From Eledone cirrhosa (taxonomy: Eukaryota): DNA of 64,000 bases. Shown in pieces: positions 26,874 to 40,341 of the stretch. A program made the position numbers and the translations under genes. The number at the start of each line of letters is the position of its first letter. Within the stretch, counting starts at the first letter, position 1. The DNA is taken from the NCBI GenBank assembly GCA_964016885.1, contig OZ024749.1, positions 54,064,001-54,128,000 of the forward strand, in the 5' to 3' direction. Under the pieces are notes generated by a model that did not search any database, was not told where the DNA came from, and was given only the letters and a program-made list of their open reading frames with translations.

Positions 26874-27156
26874 ATAAGCAGTGTCTTTTATTAGAAGTAT
26901 GGTAATGAAAGGGTTAAAGACATAAGCAGTGTCTTTTATTAGAAGTATGGTAATGAAAGGGTTAAAGACATAAGCAGTGTCTTTTATTAGAAGTATGGTA
27001 ATTAAAGGGTTAAAGACATAAGCAGTGTCTTTTATTAGAAGTATGGTAATGAAAGGGTTAAAGACATAAGCAGTGTCTTTTATTAGAAGTATGGTAATTA
27101 AAGGGTTAAAGACATAAGCAGTGTCTTTTTTTAGAAGTATGGTAATGAAAAGGTTA
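26874..27156. repeat. 48-bp minisatellite, about 6 copies
   Basis: ATAAGCAGTGTCTTTTATTAGAAGTATGGTAATGAAAGGGTTAAAGAC. Confidence 0.95.
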
Positions 27157-27270
27157 CTTTGGCAAAGTGTTAGTTCAAATGAACAATCAAATGTGTCTGT
27201 GTGTGTACAGGAGAGAAAGAGAGAGAGAATACAATTCTAGATGTTTGAGGACAGCGAGATGATGTGTGGT

Positions 27271-27349
<79 letters not shown>

Positions 27350-28134
27350 TACTTAAGATATCAAAGAGTTTATCTAGTTTGAAAAGTCACAAGATTTGAT
27401 CACTTTCTACACAAGTTTCTTTGATGTCATAAATAACACATTGACAATAATTACAATATATTACAACAATTACAAATTACAAACAATATCAATATATATT
27501 GATAACAAGTCAATACCAATATATATAGATAACACCCCCCCCACACACACACCTTTCTTTCGAGTTCATATTTTCATGTTTTCATATAACAAAACAAACA
27601 CAAAAACAACAAAGAAAAATAATAAAAAACTTTACTGACATTTCTCTTTCATATAAAGAAAAAAAAAAAAATACAAAAAAAAACCATTACAACATTTCTC
27701 AGTTGCTATTTTTTGTTTTTTCATATCTAGTTTTTTTCTCTGTAAAAATGGTTAAAAATAAAAAAATGGTACCAAAAGAGACAATGGATTGTTAAAAAGA
27801 TGTAAATTTCTTTTTTAGTTATGAATTTCCTCTGGACATATTTTTATCTCTAGAAAAATAAATATAAAGTGACAATGGCAATGACAAGAAGAATGGTGGG
27901 AATTGGGAAAGAAAGTGAATGGAGAAACATTGACAAAAGATGGTAATGGTAATAAAGGAAAAGTGATAATGATTGTAAGAAGAGGGGTGTGTGGGATTAG
28001 TGGTTAAAGTGTTCAGATCAAGACATCAGAGAGAAGAAGGTGGTGGGAGGTGTCGTGAGTGAGTGCAGTCACCCACTCACCCTTCCTCTACTACTTGTCA
28101 AACAATCAGAGTGAGCGATATTAATGTTAATGAT

Positions 28135-28326
28135 GGGCAGTGGATTGGCAGTATCGGTAGAGCATCAGACACTATGCTTTGCAGCATAGAGTTACGGCCC
28201 TTTATGATCTGAGTTCAAATCCCACCGAGGTTAACTTTACCTTTCAACCTTACGGGGTCGATAAAACAAAGTACCAGTAATGCACTGGGATAATTGCTGG
28301 CCTTGTGCCAAAAGTAGAAACAATTA
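28135..28326 (+). mobile_element. SINE-A, full length
   Basis: Matches 5063-5254; ATTAATGTTAATGATG on both flanks (TSD-like). Confidence 0.9.
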
Positions 28327-28849
28327 ATGTTAATGATGTGGAATAAAAGTGGGGGTGGGTGGGGGAAAATCTGAAAAATTAACAAGCGTGGAGGGTGGGA
28401 GATAATTATTTGAGACCTGATAGAAATCGACTTTCCCCCTCCCCACACAAAAGGAACAAAACAAACATATCGATGGCCTTGAATGTTATTGATATGACAT
28501 CATCAGCAGATTAGAGAAATTGTTGAATGGAAATGTGGAAACCATGTCCAAGTGAGAAGAGAAACAGGTTTTTGTTTTGTTTTGTTATTGTTTTGTTGGA
28601 GTGGTTGTGAGTGGAAGTGTAATGTAACAAAGTAGTTGATAGAAATTGTACTGTGTGACCTTGTTAGAAAATATTGTGTCCAGGAATTTCTCTATGGTAA
28701 TAAAAGAATCACTAGAGCATTGAATAACAATACCTTGCCAGTACTGGGATAAGTTCTAGTTTACATTTAGATTTTAACTACTACTTGAGTCAATTTTCCC
28801 TTACTATCATTCAAAAGTCTCGAACACTGAGGCCTATTAGACTGGTACA

Positions 28850-29145
28850 TATCCTAGTTTTGATGGTGTTAAGTGACTGAGAGTACAAGACTACACCTCT
28901 CCTAGACAGGACAGCAGTCCGTTGCAGGGTTAAAGTTTGTTTTGAGCCCAGAGAATCATCAGGCCATTGCTTATCCTGGTTTCTATGGTGTGAAGTGACT
29001 GAAAGAGTACAAGAATTCTCCCCTTGTAGAGAGGATGCCAGTCCATCACAAAGTTAAACTCCCAGATATTGCTGCTGGTACTCATTTTCAGCTGAGTCTA
29101 CTGGAGCAATGTGAAATGAAGTGTCTTGCTCAAGAACACAACACA
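28850..29145 (-). mobile_element. CORE-type SINE variant with a different 3' domain, partly duplicated
   Basis: CTGGAGCAATGTGAAATGAAGTGTCTTGCTCAAG plus GGATGCCAGTCCATCAC; related copy at 40342-40524 (+). Confidence 0.7.
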
Positions 29146-29336
29146 GACATAAGTCCAACAGCCTTTCTACTGGGCTACTGTTACCACTGTGGTGGTAAGT
29201 GCTGGTATCGCAACAAAAGGCACAACAGTCTAACATGTAAGGTGGTTGAACTGGTACCACATGAACCCCATAACAACCTAATCCCCCCCCCCCCTGTAAA
29301 GTCCATCTCTCTGATTCCTACCCAGAAATGCTATTA

Positions 29337-29645
29337 AATAATTGTTTCTACTTTTGGCACAAGGCCAGCAATTACCCCAATACATTACTGGTACTGTATT
29401 TTTATCGACCCCGTAAGAATGAAAAGCAAAGTTAACCTCGGTGGGATTTGAACTCTGACCGTAAAGGGACGTAACTCTATGCTGCAAAGCATGGCGACTG
29501 ACCTTCTACCGATACTGCCAATCTACTGCTATTAAATAATTGTTTCTACTATTGGCACAAGGCCAGAAAATTACCCAGTACATTACTGGTACTTTATTTT
29601 ATCGACCCGTAAGGATGAAAGGCAAAGTTAACCTCGGCGGGATTT
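29337..29645 (-). mobile_element. SINE-A plus tandem partial duplicate
   Basis: TGCTATTAAATAAT flank occurs three times. Confidence 0.88.
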
Positions 29646-29869
29646 ACTGCTATTAAATAATATATATAAAATAGAGTTTCAGACATGATCTAAATTTATA
29701 TAAACATTAGATGATGTTGATGATGATAATGATGATGACGATGGTGATGATGATGATTAAAAACAGTATCATAACAATTGATGATAACTTTCATGGCATT
29801 TGTTATTTTTCCCATGAGTAAAATATTTTTTTAAGAAATACATCTTATGTAAAGTAATGTTGTAATGTA

Positions 29870-30185
29870 ATGTGTTGGGTGGTGGCGGTGGTGGTGTTGG
29901 TGTGCTGGTGGTGGTGGTGTTGGTGGTAATGGTGGTGGTGGCGGTGTTGGTGTGGTGGTGGTAATGGTGGTGGTGGCGGTGTTGGTGTGGTGGTGGTGGT
30001 GGTGGTAATGGTGGTGGTGGTGGTAATGGTGGTGGTGGCGGTGTTGGTGTGGTGGTGGTGGTGGTAATGGTGGTGGTGGTGTTGGTGTGGTGGTGTTGGT
30101 GGTAATGGTGGTGGTGGCGGTGTTGGTGTGGTGGTGGTGGTGGTAATGGTGGTGGTGTTGTGTTGAGTGGTGGTGGTGGGGTGGT
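29870..30185. repeat. (GGT)n repeat
   Basis: Directly visible. Confidence 0.95.
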
Positions 30186-30299
30186 TAGAAGTGTCATTTA
30201 ATATAAAATTACTGTCTACTTCATCCTCTCTCCCTCCCTCATCCTCTCCCTTCCTCCCTCATTCATATCCAATTAAACTCTACAAGATTTTTTCTATAA

Positions 30300-30358
<59 letters not shown>

Positions 30359-30754
30359 GACTTCCATTGGTTTCCAAGATTTAGAGTTCCAAATTATCAT
30401 TTCAGTGGCTGAGTATTCCACAGACACGTGTACCTTTAATGTAATTCACAAAAAAAAAAAATGAGAGGTCCAACATGACATAGTGACAGACAGACAGACA
30501 AGGCTGGCTCTTTGAATTACGAGTACAGTCAATATGACAGGCTTCTAAACAGTTTCTGTCTACCAAATTTCCCTTACACCACCTGAGCTGATCCAAGGCT
30601 TTGGTAAATGACACTCTAACCCTAACCTTATAAAGTGCCACAAGGGCCATCAACCTCCCCATCTCCACACTTAATTAATGATTGTGAATGTCCAGTCACA
30701 CACATCTCTCTCTCTCTCTCTCTAAATATATATATATATATATATAAATATATA

Positions 30755-30920
30755 TCATCATCATTTTACATCCGCTTTTTCCTGCTTGCAAGGATTGGAC
30801 GGGTCCTATTCAGCACAGCATCTCTCCACTTGCCACGGTCCTTTGTCACCTCCTCCATAAGCATCAGCGATCTGAGGTCTGCTCTCACCACCTCCACCCA
30901 TGTTTTTCATGGTTGTCCTC

Positions 30921-30922
<2 letters not shown>
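30755..30922 (-). mobile_element. RTE LINE extreme 3' end
   Basis: KTWVEVVRADLRSLMLMEEVTKDRGKWRDAVLNRTRP plus tail. Confidence 0.8.
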
Positions 30923-30951
<29 letters not shown>

Positions 30952-30954
30952 ATC

Positions 30955-31046
30955 TAATATAGAAATAGTAGCTTCTACAGGACTAGAACTGTTTCCTTCG
31001 AATGGAATGAAACGGTTCTAGTCCTGTAGAAGCCATTTCTATATTA
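30955..31046. repeat. Fold-back palindrome next to (TA)n, Penelope-like
   Basis: GCTTCTACAGGACTAGAACTGTTTC versus GAAACGGTTCTAGTCCTGTAGAAGC. Confidence 0.85.
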
Positions 31047-31296
31047 AATTTCGTATATACTCTACCAATGTATTGAGTACCTTTTTAAACTGTGGTTACA
31101 CCCCTGCCCCCGCCACAATTGGACTGGGCTGGGGACTCACACACACACCCACAAACACACATATATATATCATAGGGTGCTTATGTTTCAGACAAAAAAA
31201 CAATTGCAAGGGAACTGTTGGAGGCAGGAAGAATATAAATGAAAGGAAGCTGATGATTCATGGTCCCTGTCAGGTTTCTGGTTGATATTGATATTA

Positions 31297-33680
31297 CCTC
31301 CACCACACCTGTCCCCTCCACCGCACCTGTCACCTCCACCACACCTGTCCCCTCCACCGCACCTGTCCCCTCCACCGCACCTGTCCCCTCCACCACACCT
31401 GTCCCCTCCACCACACCTGTCCCCTCCACCACACCTGTCCCCTCCACCACACCTGTCCCCTCCACCGCACCTGTCCCCTCCACCGCACCTGTCCCCTCCA
31501 CCGCACCTGTCCCCTCCACCGCACCTGTCCCCTCCACCGCACCTGTCCCCTCCACCGCACCTGTCACCTCCACCGCACCTGTCACCTCCACCACACCTGT
31601 CACCTCCACCGCACCTGTCACCTCCACCGCACCTGTCACCTCCACCACACCTGTCACCTCCACCACACCTGTCCCCTCCACCACACCTGTCCCCTCCACC
31701 ACACTTGTCACCTCCACCGCACCTGTCACCTCCACCGCACCTGTCACCTCCACCGCACCTGTCCCCTCCACCACACCTGTCCCCTCCACCACACCTGTCA
31801 CCTCCACCACACCTGTCCCCTCCACCGCACCTGTCCCCTCCACCACACCTGTCCCCTCCACCACACCTGTCACCTCCACCACACCTGTCCCCTCCACCAC
31901 ACCTGTCCCCTCCACCACACCTGTCCCCTCCACCACACCTGTCCCCTCCACCACACCTGTCCCCTCCACCGCACCTGTCCCCTCCACCGCACCTGTCACC
32001 TCCACCACACCTGTCCCCTCCACCACACCTGTCCCCTCCACCACACCTGTCCCCTCCACCACACCTGTCCCCTCCACCACACCTGTCCCCTCCACCACAC
32101 CTGTCACCTCCACCGCACCTGTCCCCTCCACCACACCTGTCCCCTCCACCGCACCTGTCCCCTCCACCGCACCTGTCCCCTCCACCACACCTGTCCCCTC
32201 CACCGCACCTGTCCCCTCCACCGCACCTGTCCCCTCCACCGCACCTGTCACCTCCACCACACCTGTCCCCTCCACCACACCTGTCCCCTCCACCACACCT
32301 GTCCCCTCCACCACACCTGTCCCCTCCACCGCACCTGTCCCCTCCACCACACCTGTCCCCTCCACCACACCTGTCACCTCCACCGCACCTGTCCCCTCCA
32401 CCACACCTGTCCCCTCCACCGCACCTGTCCCCTCCACCGCACCTGTCCCCTCCACCACACCTGTCCCCTCCACCACACCTGTCCCCTCCACCACACCTGT
32501 CACCTCCACCACACCTGTCCCCTCCACCGCACCTGTCCCCTCCACCGCACCTGTCCCCTCCACCACACCTGTCCCCTCCACCGCACCTGTCCCCTCCACC
32601 GCACCTGTCCCCTCCACCGCACCTGTCCCCTCCACCGCACCTGTCCCCTCCACCGCACCTGTCCCCTCCACCACACCTGTCCCCTCCACCACACCTGTCA
32701 CCTCCACCACACCTGTCCCCTCCACCACACCTGTCCCCTCCACCACACCTGTCCCCTCCACCGCACCTGTCCCCTCCACCGCACCTGTCCCCTCCACCAC
32801 ACCTGTCCCCTCCACCGCACCTGTCCCCTCCACCACACTTGTCACCTCCACCGCACCTGTCCCCTCCACCACACCTGTCCCCTCCACCGCACCTGTCCCC
32901 TCCACCACACCTGTCCCCTCCACCGCACCTGTCCCCTCCACCACACTTGTCACCTCCACCGCACCTGTCCCCTCCACCGCACCTGTCCCCTCCACCGCAC
33001 CTGTCCCCTCCACCACACCTGTCCCCTCCACCACACCTGTCACCTCCACCACACCTGTCCCCTCCACCACACCTGTCCCCTCCACCACACCTGTCCCCTC
33101 CACCGCACCTGTCCCCTCCACCGCACCTGTCCCCTCCACCACACCTGTCCCCTCCACCGCACCTGTCCCCTCCACCACACTTGTCACCTCCACCGCACCT
33201 GTCCCCTCCACCACACCTGTCCCCTCCACCGCACCTGTCCCCTCCACCACACCTGTCCCCTCCACCACACCTGTCCCCTCCACCACACCTGTCCCCTCCA
33301 CCACACCTGTCCCCTCCACCACACCTGTCCCCTCCACCGCACCTGTCCCCTCCACCACACCTGTCCCCTCCACCGCACCTGTCCCCTCCACCACACTTGT
33401 CACCTCCACCGCACCTGTCCCCTCCACCACACCTGTCCCCTCCACCGCACCTGTCCCCTCCACCACACCTGTCACCTCCACCACACCTGTCACCTCCACC
33501 ACACCTGTCACCTCCACCACACCTGTCACCTCCACCGCACCTGTCCCCTCCACCACACCTGTCACCTCCACCACACCTGTCACCTCCACCACACCTGTCA
33601 CCTCCACCACACCTGTCACCTCCACCACACCTGTCACCTCCACCACACCTGTCACCTCCACCACACCTGTCACCTCCACC
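31297..33680. repeat. 18-bp GC-rich minisatellite CCTCCACC(A/G)CAC(C/T)TGTC(C/A), about 132 copies
   Basis: Phase is kept throughout; only three variable positions seen; three long ORFs of 806-832 aa span it. Confidence 0.98.
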
Positions 33681-33769
33681 TACCTGTTCCTCACATATAT
33701 AGCAAAATTGAAGTGAAAAGAACTAAGAAACACATACACACACACAAGTAGGTACACATACTCACACTA

Positions 33770-33841
<72 letters not shown>

Positions 33842-34200
33842 GGAACACATAGACACACACACAAACAAGTAGATACACACAGACACATAGACCCCCCCAC
33901 ACACACACAGAAAAAGACACACCTATAAAGTCATTCAGTAACACTTAAAACACCTGGTTTCATTCATTTACTCACTCTGTCAGTCAGTCACCCTGTCACC
34001 CCGTCACTCTGTCTGTCTGTCATTCATGTCAACCATCAATGGGATATCCTATATAAACAATTCTGTACTTGTCTGACATTAAACCAAGTGTCATAACTTA
34101 TTCCTAGTAACACATGATACACTAACTTTTCACAGCAGATATTTACTTTACACACATACACACATGTATATGAATATGTATATATACACACACACACACA

Positions 34201-34244
<44 letters not shown>

Positions 34245-34266
34245 TACAGTCATGTAAATGTTAATG

Positions 34267-34324
<58 letters not shown>

Positions 34325-34354
34325 CATTAACATTTACATGACTGTATGTGTGTG

Positions 34355-34416
<62 letters not shown>

Positions 34417-34440
34417 CATTAACATTTACATGACTGTATT

Positions 34441-34506
<66 letters not shown>

Positions 34507-34627
34507 TGAAGGCGTGTGGCTGAGTGGTTAGAGAATTGGATTCACAATCTTGAGGTTGTGAGTTCGATTCCGGGACCGAACGAAGCGTTATGTCCTTGAG
34601 CAAGACACTTTATTTCCCGTTGTTCCT
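34507..34627 (+). mobile_element. CORE-SINE B head, truncated
   Basis: TGGCTGAGTGG A box, GAGTTCGATTCC B box, GTCCTTGAGCAAGACAC. Confidence 0.85.
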
Positions 34628-34744
34628 TCTACCTGGAGTTGCGACCGATAGATAGTTTGAGCAACTGGAAAGACCGACGAAAACATTGTTTCCTCGGTCC
34701 GATTTGACGAAAGTCGATCGATCCTTCATATCTATCTAGGGCGA

Positions 34745-34990
34745 GTAAAATTCCCTGAGATCTATGGACGAGTTCTCTCCAGCGGTCCCTCATCATCGCT
34801 GCCATGTCCTGCATCTCCAAGAGACCAGTGTCTGTCTTTAGGGCATCAACATATGTCAACCTCGGTCTCCCTCTTCCAGTGTGTCCATGTAGGGGCTCCC
34901 ACAGGACCACTGAGTGCAGTGTCAACTCTGGATGTTGGTGAGCATGTCCAGCTAACCTCACTCTCCTCTGAGCTACTCTTGAGCTGACTT
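34745..34990 (-). mobile_element. Non-LTR retrotransposon (RTE/RTEX-type) C-terminal fragment
   Basis: RRVRLAGHAHQHPE...VLWEPLHGHTGRGRPRLTYVDALKTDTGL...MRDRWRELV. Confidence 0.82.
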
Positions 34991-35742
34991 TTATATATAT
35001 ATATATACAGTAAGGTTTAACTGCACACAGACATACGCTCATATAAATGTAAATATTAATGTTGATATGTTGATTTATATACAGGGTGTCCCCCAAAAAT
35101 GTGTACACACTTCAACAGCTTCAACTCTTCTTATTAATAACTGCATTATTTCTTTCTAGAGACTATGTTGAAGAATTAAACTCATTTGGTCATTCCATGA
35201 GAGTATCTTGGTCAGTCTATGAACTTTTCAGTCGACCCTCATACTCTAGACAGAAATCAAGAACTAACCCCCCCCCCCCATATATATATATATATGTGTT
35301 GTTGTTGTTGTGGTGGTGGTGGTGGTATTTTCTATAGCCATTCCAGAACATTCTGTATATTAAATGGTTAACCGTAACTTTCAATTATCTTTTCAAGCTG
35401 ATAATATTTATCTTGATTCCAATACCAGCAGTATTTCTACTTGATCAGCTACTCTATAGATTCTATCTTGGTTTTCCTCATATGGAAAGGAAATCAACTG
35501 TAAAACAGTTTAATAACAACATTGGCTGTTTATTAAGATTGCTTTTCCAGCTTTCAGTCTTGAAGGTTTCTAAGATTTCTGTTAAGTATTTAGCTGACAT
35601 ATCTTCACAGTATAAACATTTCCTCAGTGGTTTTTCTATTTAGATTCTTGAACCTTTATTTCTTCCATCTCTCACTCTTTCAGAATATTTTGGTTTTCCT
35701 TATTGCTCTGATTTCTACAAACCATATTGTGGCACTTCTTCC

Positions 35743-36292
35743 ATATATATATATATATACATATATATATACATATACATATATACATATATACATATAT
35801 ACATATATATATATACATATATACATATATATATATACATATATATATATACATATATATATATACATATACATATATACATATACATATATACATATAC
35901 ATATATACATATACATATACATATATACATATACATATATACATATACATATACATATATACATATACATATATACATATACATATATACATATACATAT
36001 ACATATATACATATACATATACACATATACATATATACATATACATATACATATACACATATATATATATACATATATATACATATATACATATACATAT
36101 ATACATATATATACATATATACATATACATATATACATATACATATATACATATATATATATACATATATACATATATATATATACATATATACATATAT
36201 ATATATACATATATACATATATATATATACATATATATATATACATATATATACATATATATATATACATATATATACATATATATATATAC

Positions 36293-36339
<47 letters not shown>

Positions 36340-36354
36340 CATATATATATATAC

Positions 36355-36435
<81 letters not shown>

Positions 36436-36590
36436 CATATATATACATATATATATATATACATATATATATATACATATACATATATATATATACATAT
36501 ACATATATATATATACATATACATATATATATATACATATATATATATACATATATATACATATATATATATATATATACATATATATAC

Positions 36591-36635
<45 letters not shown>

Positions 36636-36932
36636 CATATATATACATACATATATATATATACATATATATATATATACATACATATATATATATACAT
36701 ATATATATATACATATATATATATACATACATATATATATATACATATATATATATACATATATATATATACATATATATATATACATATATATATATAC
36801 ATATATACATATACATATATACATATATATATATACATATATATATATATACATATATATATATACATATATACATATATATATATACATATATATATAT
36901 ACATATATACATATATATATATACATATATAC

Positions 36933-36963
<31 letters not shown>

Positions 36964-37216
36964 CATATATATATACATATATATATACATATATATATAC
37001 ATATATATATACATATATATATACATATATATATACATATATATATACATATATATATACATATATATATACATATATATATATACATATATATATACAT
37101 ATATATATACATACATATACATATACATATACATATATATACATACATATACATATACATATATATATATATATATATACATATATATACATATATATAT
37201 ATACATATATATATAC

Positions 37217-37262
<46 letters not shown>

Positions 37263-37280
37263 ACATATATATACATATAC

Positions 37281-37351
<71 letters not shown>

Positions 37352-37352
37352 T
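35743..37352. repeat. 1.6-kb (TA/TACA)n array
   Basis: Source of five 500-600-aa artefactual ORFs. Confidence 0.98.
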
Positions 37353-37496
37353 TTGGTGGTGAAAGCTGATCTTAAATTGCTGAAACTTCCAGAGGAGATG
37401 ACAAAGGAAGAAGCGAATTGAGAGAAGCTGTGTAGAAAAGGACCTATCCAACCCAAGCAAGCGTGGAAAATGGACGTAAAAATGATGGTGATGATA
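37353..37496 (+). mobile_element. RTE LINE extreme 3' end
   Basis: [18 protein letters not shown] plus CCAACCCAAGCAAGCGTGGAAAATGGACG tail. Confidence 0.78.
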
Positions 37497-38157
37497 TATA
37501 TAATATCCACTTTTCTTCGTCGTATGATTATTTCTAATTAATCCTCTTAGTACTTTGATCTTTCTGAGTATATCGGAAAAAAAATAAAAGTAAAGAGTAG
37601 GTATAGGGTTAATAGTAAAAAATAATAAAAGACTATTACATTTTTAAGTCAATATATCATCCAGGGGTCTCGGTAACATTATTGATTCTGAAATATCAAC
37701 CTGCCAGTACTGCGAGGGTTAAAACCTTTTTTGGGGATGTTATTCTTATAAAGAAAAATTGTCCACGTAGGTCACATCTGGTGGAGGTCATGGTTGAAGT
37801 TATATATAATAAATAATGTTTAAAAACTTTAGCTACATTCCCTAAAACTTGAAACAGCTCTGGCGGAGTATTATTATTATTATTATTTTTTTGTTTTACA
37901 TGTGAAAATTCCTGTCTAGGTCAATGGAAACATCAATAGATATTTTATGAGATCTGTCAATATTTGATATCATATGTTGGTAATACCCTGATAGAGCTTA
38001 TATCAAGAATATAACACCAACATCAAAGGATTACAAGAGTTTATTTTACAAGCAGAACACACATTACGGAAACTAATAAAGTTATGTACAAGTTCATTTA
38101 GTTAGCCAGAGATAAGCATAGATAATATCAGGCAAAACACACACAGACACATACACA

Positions 38158-38213
<56 letters not shown>

Positions 38214-38445
38214 TACACAAATACACAAACAGACACAGATGCTCATTCACAGACATGCACAGACACAGAGACACACACAGAGAGACACAGACTGATACTC
38301 CAACATACAGAGACAGACACAGATTCACAGACACAGATGCTCACTCACAGACACGCACTGTGGTATTAGTCAAATCATTGATTTATTCCTAAAAGTATAC
38401 AGAACATCTCCAGTTTGCTACTGTTAATATTATATATGTTAAGAG

Positions 38446-38975
38446 TTAATTCTTGACACTCTCTAGCACATGAAACCACATTAGTGAGACATTCTTGTAA
38501 AGCACAAAACAACACTATGACTACATCACATTAACTCAATGTCCTGCACCACATGAAAGCACATTAGAAAGACATTCTTGAACAGTACAAAACAACACAA
38601 TGACTACATTGCATTAAAAATGAAAGTCTTTACTCTAATACTGCAAATGTTCACAATGATTTATCTGTCCATTAGTAAAGATACAATAAACATTTGAATT
38701 ATCAAACCACACGACACCACATTAGTAAAACATTCTTGAAAAATACAAAACAACACTACGACTGCTTCACATTAAATATTAATGTCTTTACTTTAATATT
38801 GTAAAGAAAGTTTCACAACAACGTCTACCAATAAAAATGAAAGTCTTTACTGTAATACTTTACTCTAAGATATTTTCACAACAATGTTCAGCAATAAAAG
38901 TGCTATAAAGATATGAATTAAGAAACCCATCTCTCGATATTTTCTGCTGAATCTATACATGATATTAAGAGTTAA
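38446..38975. mobile_element. TTAA-flanked MITE family 2 with internal triplication
   Basis: CACATTAG...ACATTCTTG...ACAAAACAACAC unit three times; right end GATATTAAGAG|TTAA as at 3332-3346. Confidence 0.6.
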
Positions 38976-39145
38976 AAGGAAAAGAGAACATTTCTCAACA
39001 TATAATCAAAGAATGATTGACAAGACTGAAGTAGATTAAACAACATGTTCTTTTGTCTGATCAACTTAAGTAAGCAGTATTGACCAGGCTAGTAGTAACT
39101 GATCATTGACCTACAACAGACTAGTAGTAAGTGGTGGTCTAGTGG

Positions 39146-39374
39146 TTAACCCTTTAGCATTTACATTACTCTATATATACTATTGTATTTTCGCGGTAAA
39201 GGCTTTATCTCACATAATTATCTTACATAATATCGAATCTACGAGATTTCAATCTTATTTATTTTGAGAATAATACCTTAATATCAGCATGAGTGGCCAG
39301 TTACAGCCGGTTTGAAGAGAGAGAGGTGAGAGAATTCTGGCTGGATATGGCTGGTTTAAATGCTCAAGGGTTAA
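39146..39374 (+). mobile_element. piggyBac-like MITE family 1, complete
   Basis: TTAA|CCCTTTAGCATTTA ... TAAATGCTCAAGGG|TTAA. Confidence 0.92.
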
Positions 39375-39731
39375 TATAAAAAATAATAGTCATGTATAAT
39401 CATTAAACATTTTTTTACCCTTATTTTTTTCTAGAGAAGGGCCTTGAATTTCATACAGTTTAGGGTCTCAACATGTGAAAGTCCAGCCCTGTTACTGGTA
39501 ACCGACCTACAACAAACCAACTACATTGATTATATGAAGTGGCTGTAGTAAATAATGCAATAAATATATAATCTGGACAGTTTAGTCAGTGCAAAAGATA
39601 TTATCTCTGACCTACAACAGACAGGCTGCAACTAAATAATATAAATAATATAAATAATAATAATAATAATGATGATGATGATGATAATAATGATAATAAT
39701 AATGATTTCTTTATTTTAATAATAATAATAA

Positions 39732-40075
39732 GGAAAAATGTGGAAGTTGAGAACTAAAACAATACCAGTGGTTGTAGGCGCTCTGGGAATGATACCTAAG
39801 GGGTCTAATGATTACTTTTCCCAAATCCCAGGAAACCTGCGTATAGAAGTAATACAAAAGATAGTACTAATGGGAACTGCCCATATACTAAGGAAGATTC
39901 TGTCAATATAAATACATCACAGGTCTAAACACCTAAAGATACATGTATGTGTGCATGTGTTTTTTCTTGAACATGGCGGACCTTGTTGTCTCTTGGGGTC
40001 ACTGGTTGTGACTTGGTGACAACTCGTATGAACATAAAGCAAGATAAATGAAATAATAATAATAATAATGATAAT
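39732..40075 (+). mobile_element. 5'-truncated R4/Dong-type non-LTR retrotransposon 3' end in (TAA)n
   Basis: 39738-39911 encodes MWKLRTKTIPVVVGALGMIPKG...IQKIVLMGTAHILRKILSI*, resembling the C-terminus of restriction-like endonuclease elements; TAA repeats on both sides. Confidence 0.82.
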
Positions 40076-40341
40076 AAAAATAATGATACCCATAAAATAA
40101 TGTACTTGTTGAACCCAACAGTTCTTTTCTTCTTTTTTTTTACAAAGGGAAAAAAAATCTAGATAACAACACACAAAAAACCCCTGCCTAAAACTATGAG
40201 AAATAAGTATATATAACTGAGATTTTCTGACAGTAGTAGTTAGTTAACCCCAGGTGAGCCCTAATTCAGCAAACATGTGATTAAAGTTATTTCAAATTTG
40301 ACCATCACATCTTTTTAGGGACATCTATATTTATATTGTGT

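Noticed and set aside
31260-33716. Mucin-like PTS ORF called as a gene
   Set aside because: No signal peptide or other domain, ORF limits coincide with the array, and other frames are equally open; kept only as a finding.
35340-35740. Very old RT-like remnants (also about 4000-4560 and 42250-42700)
   Set aside because: Only faint motif hints with many stops; would need a translated HMM search.
35627-37510. 500-600-aa ORFs (and similar YI/HI/VC-rich ORFs throughout)
   Set aside because: Translations of (TA)n/(TACA)n microsatellites, which lack stop codons.
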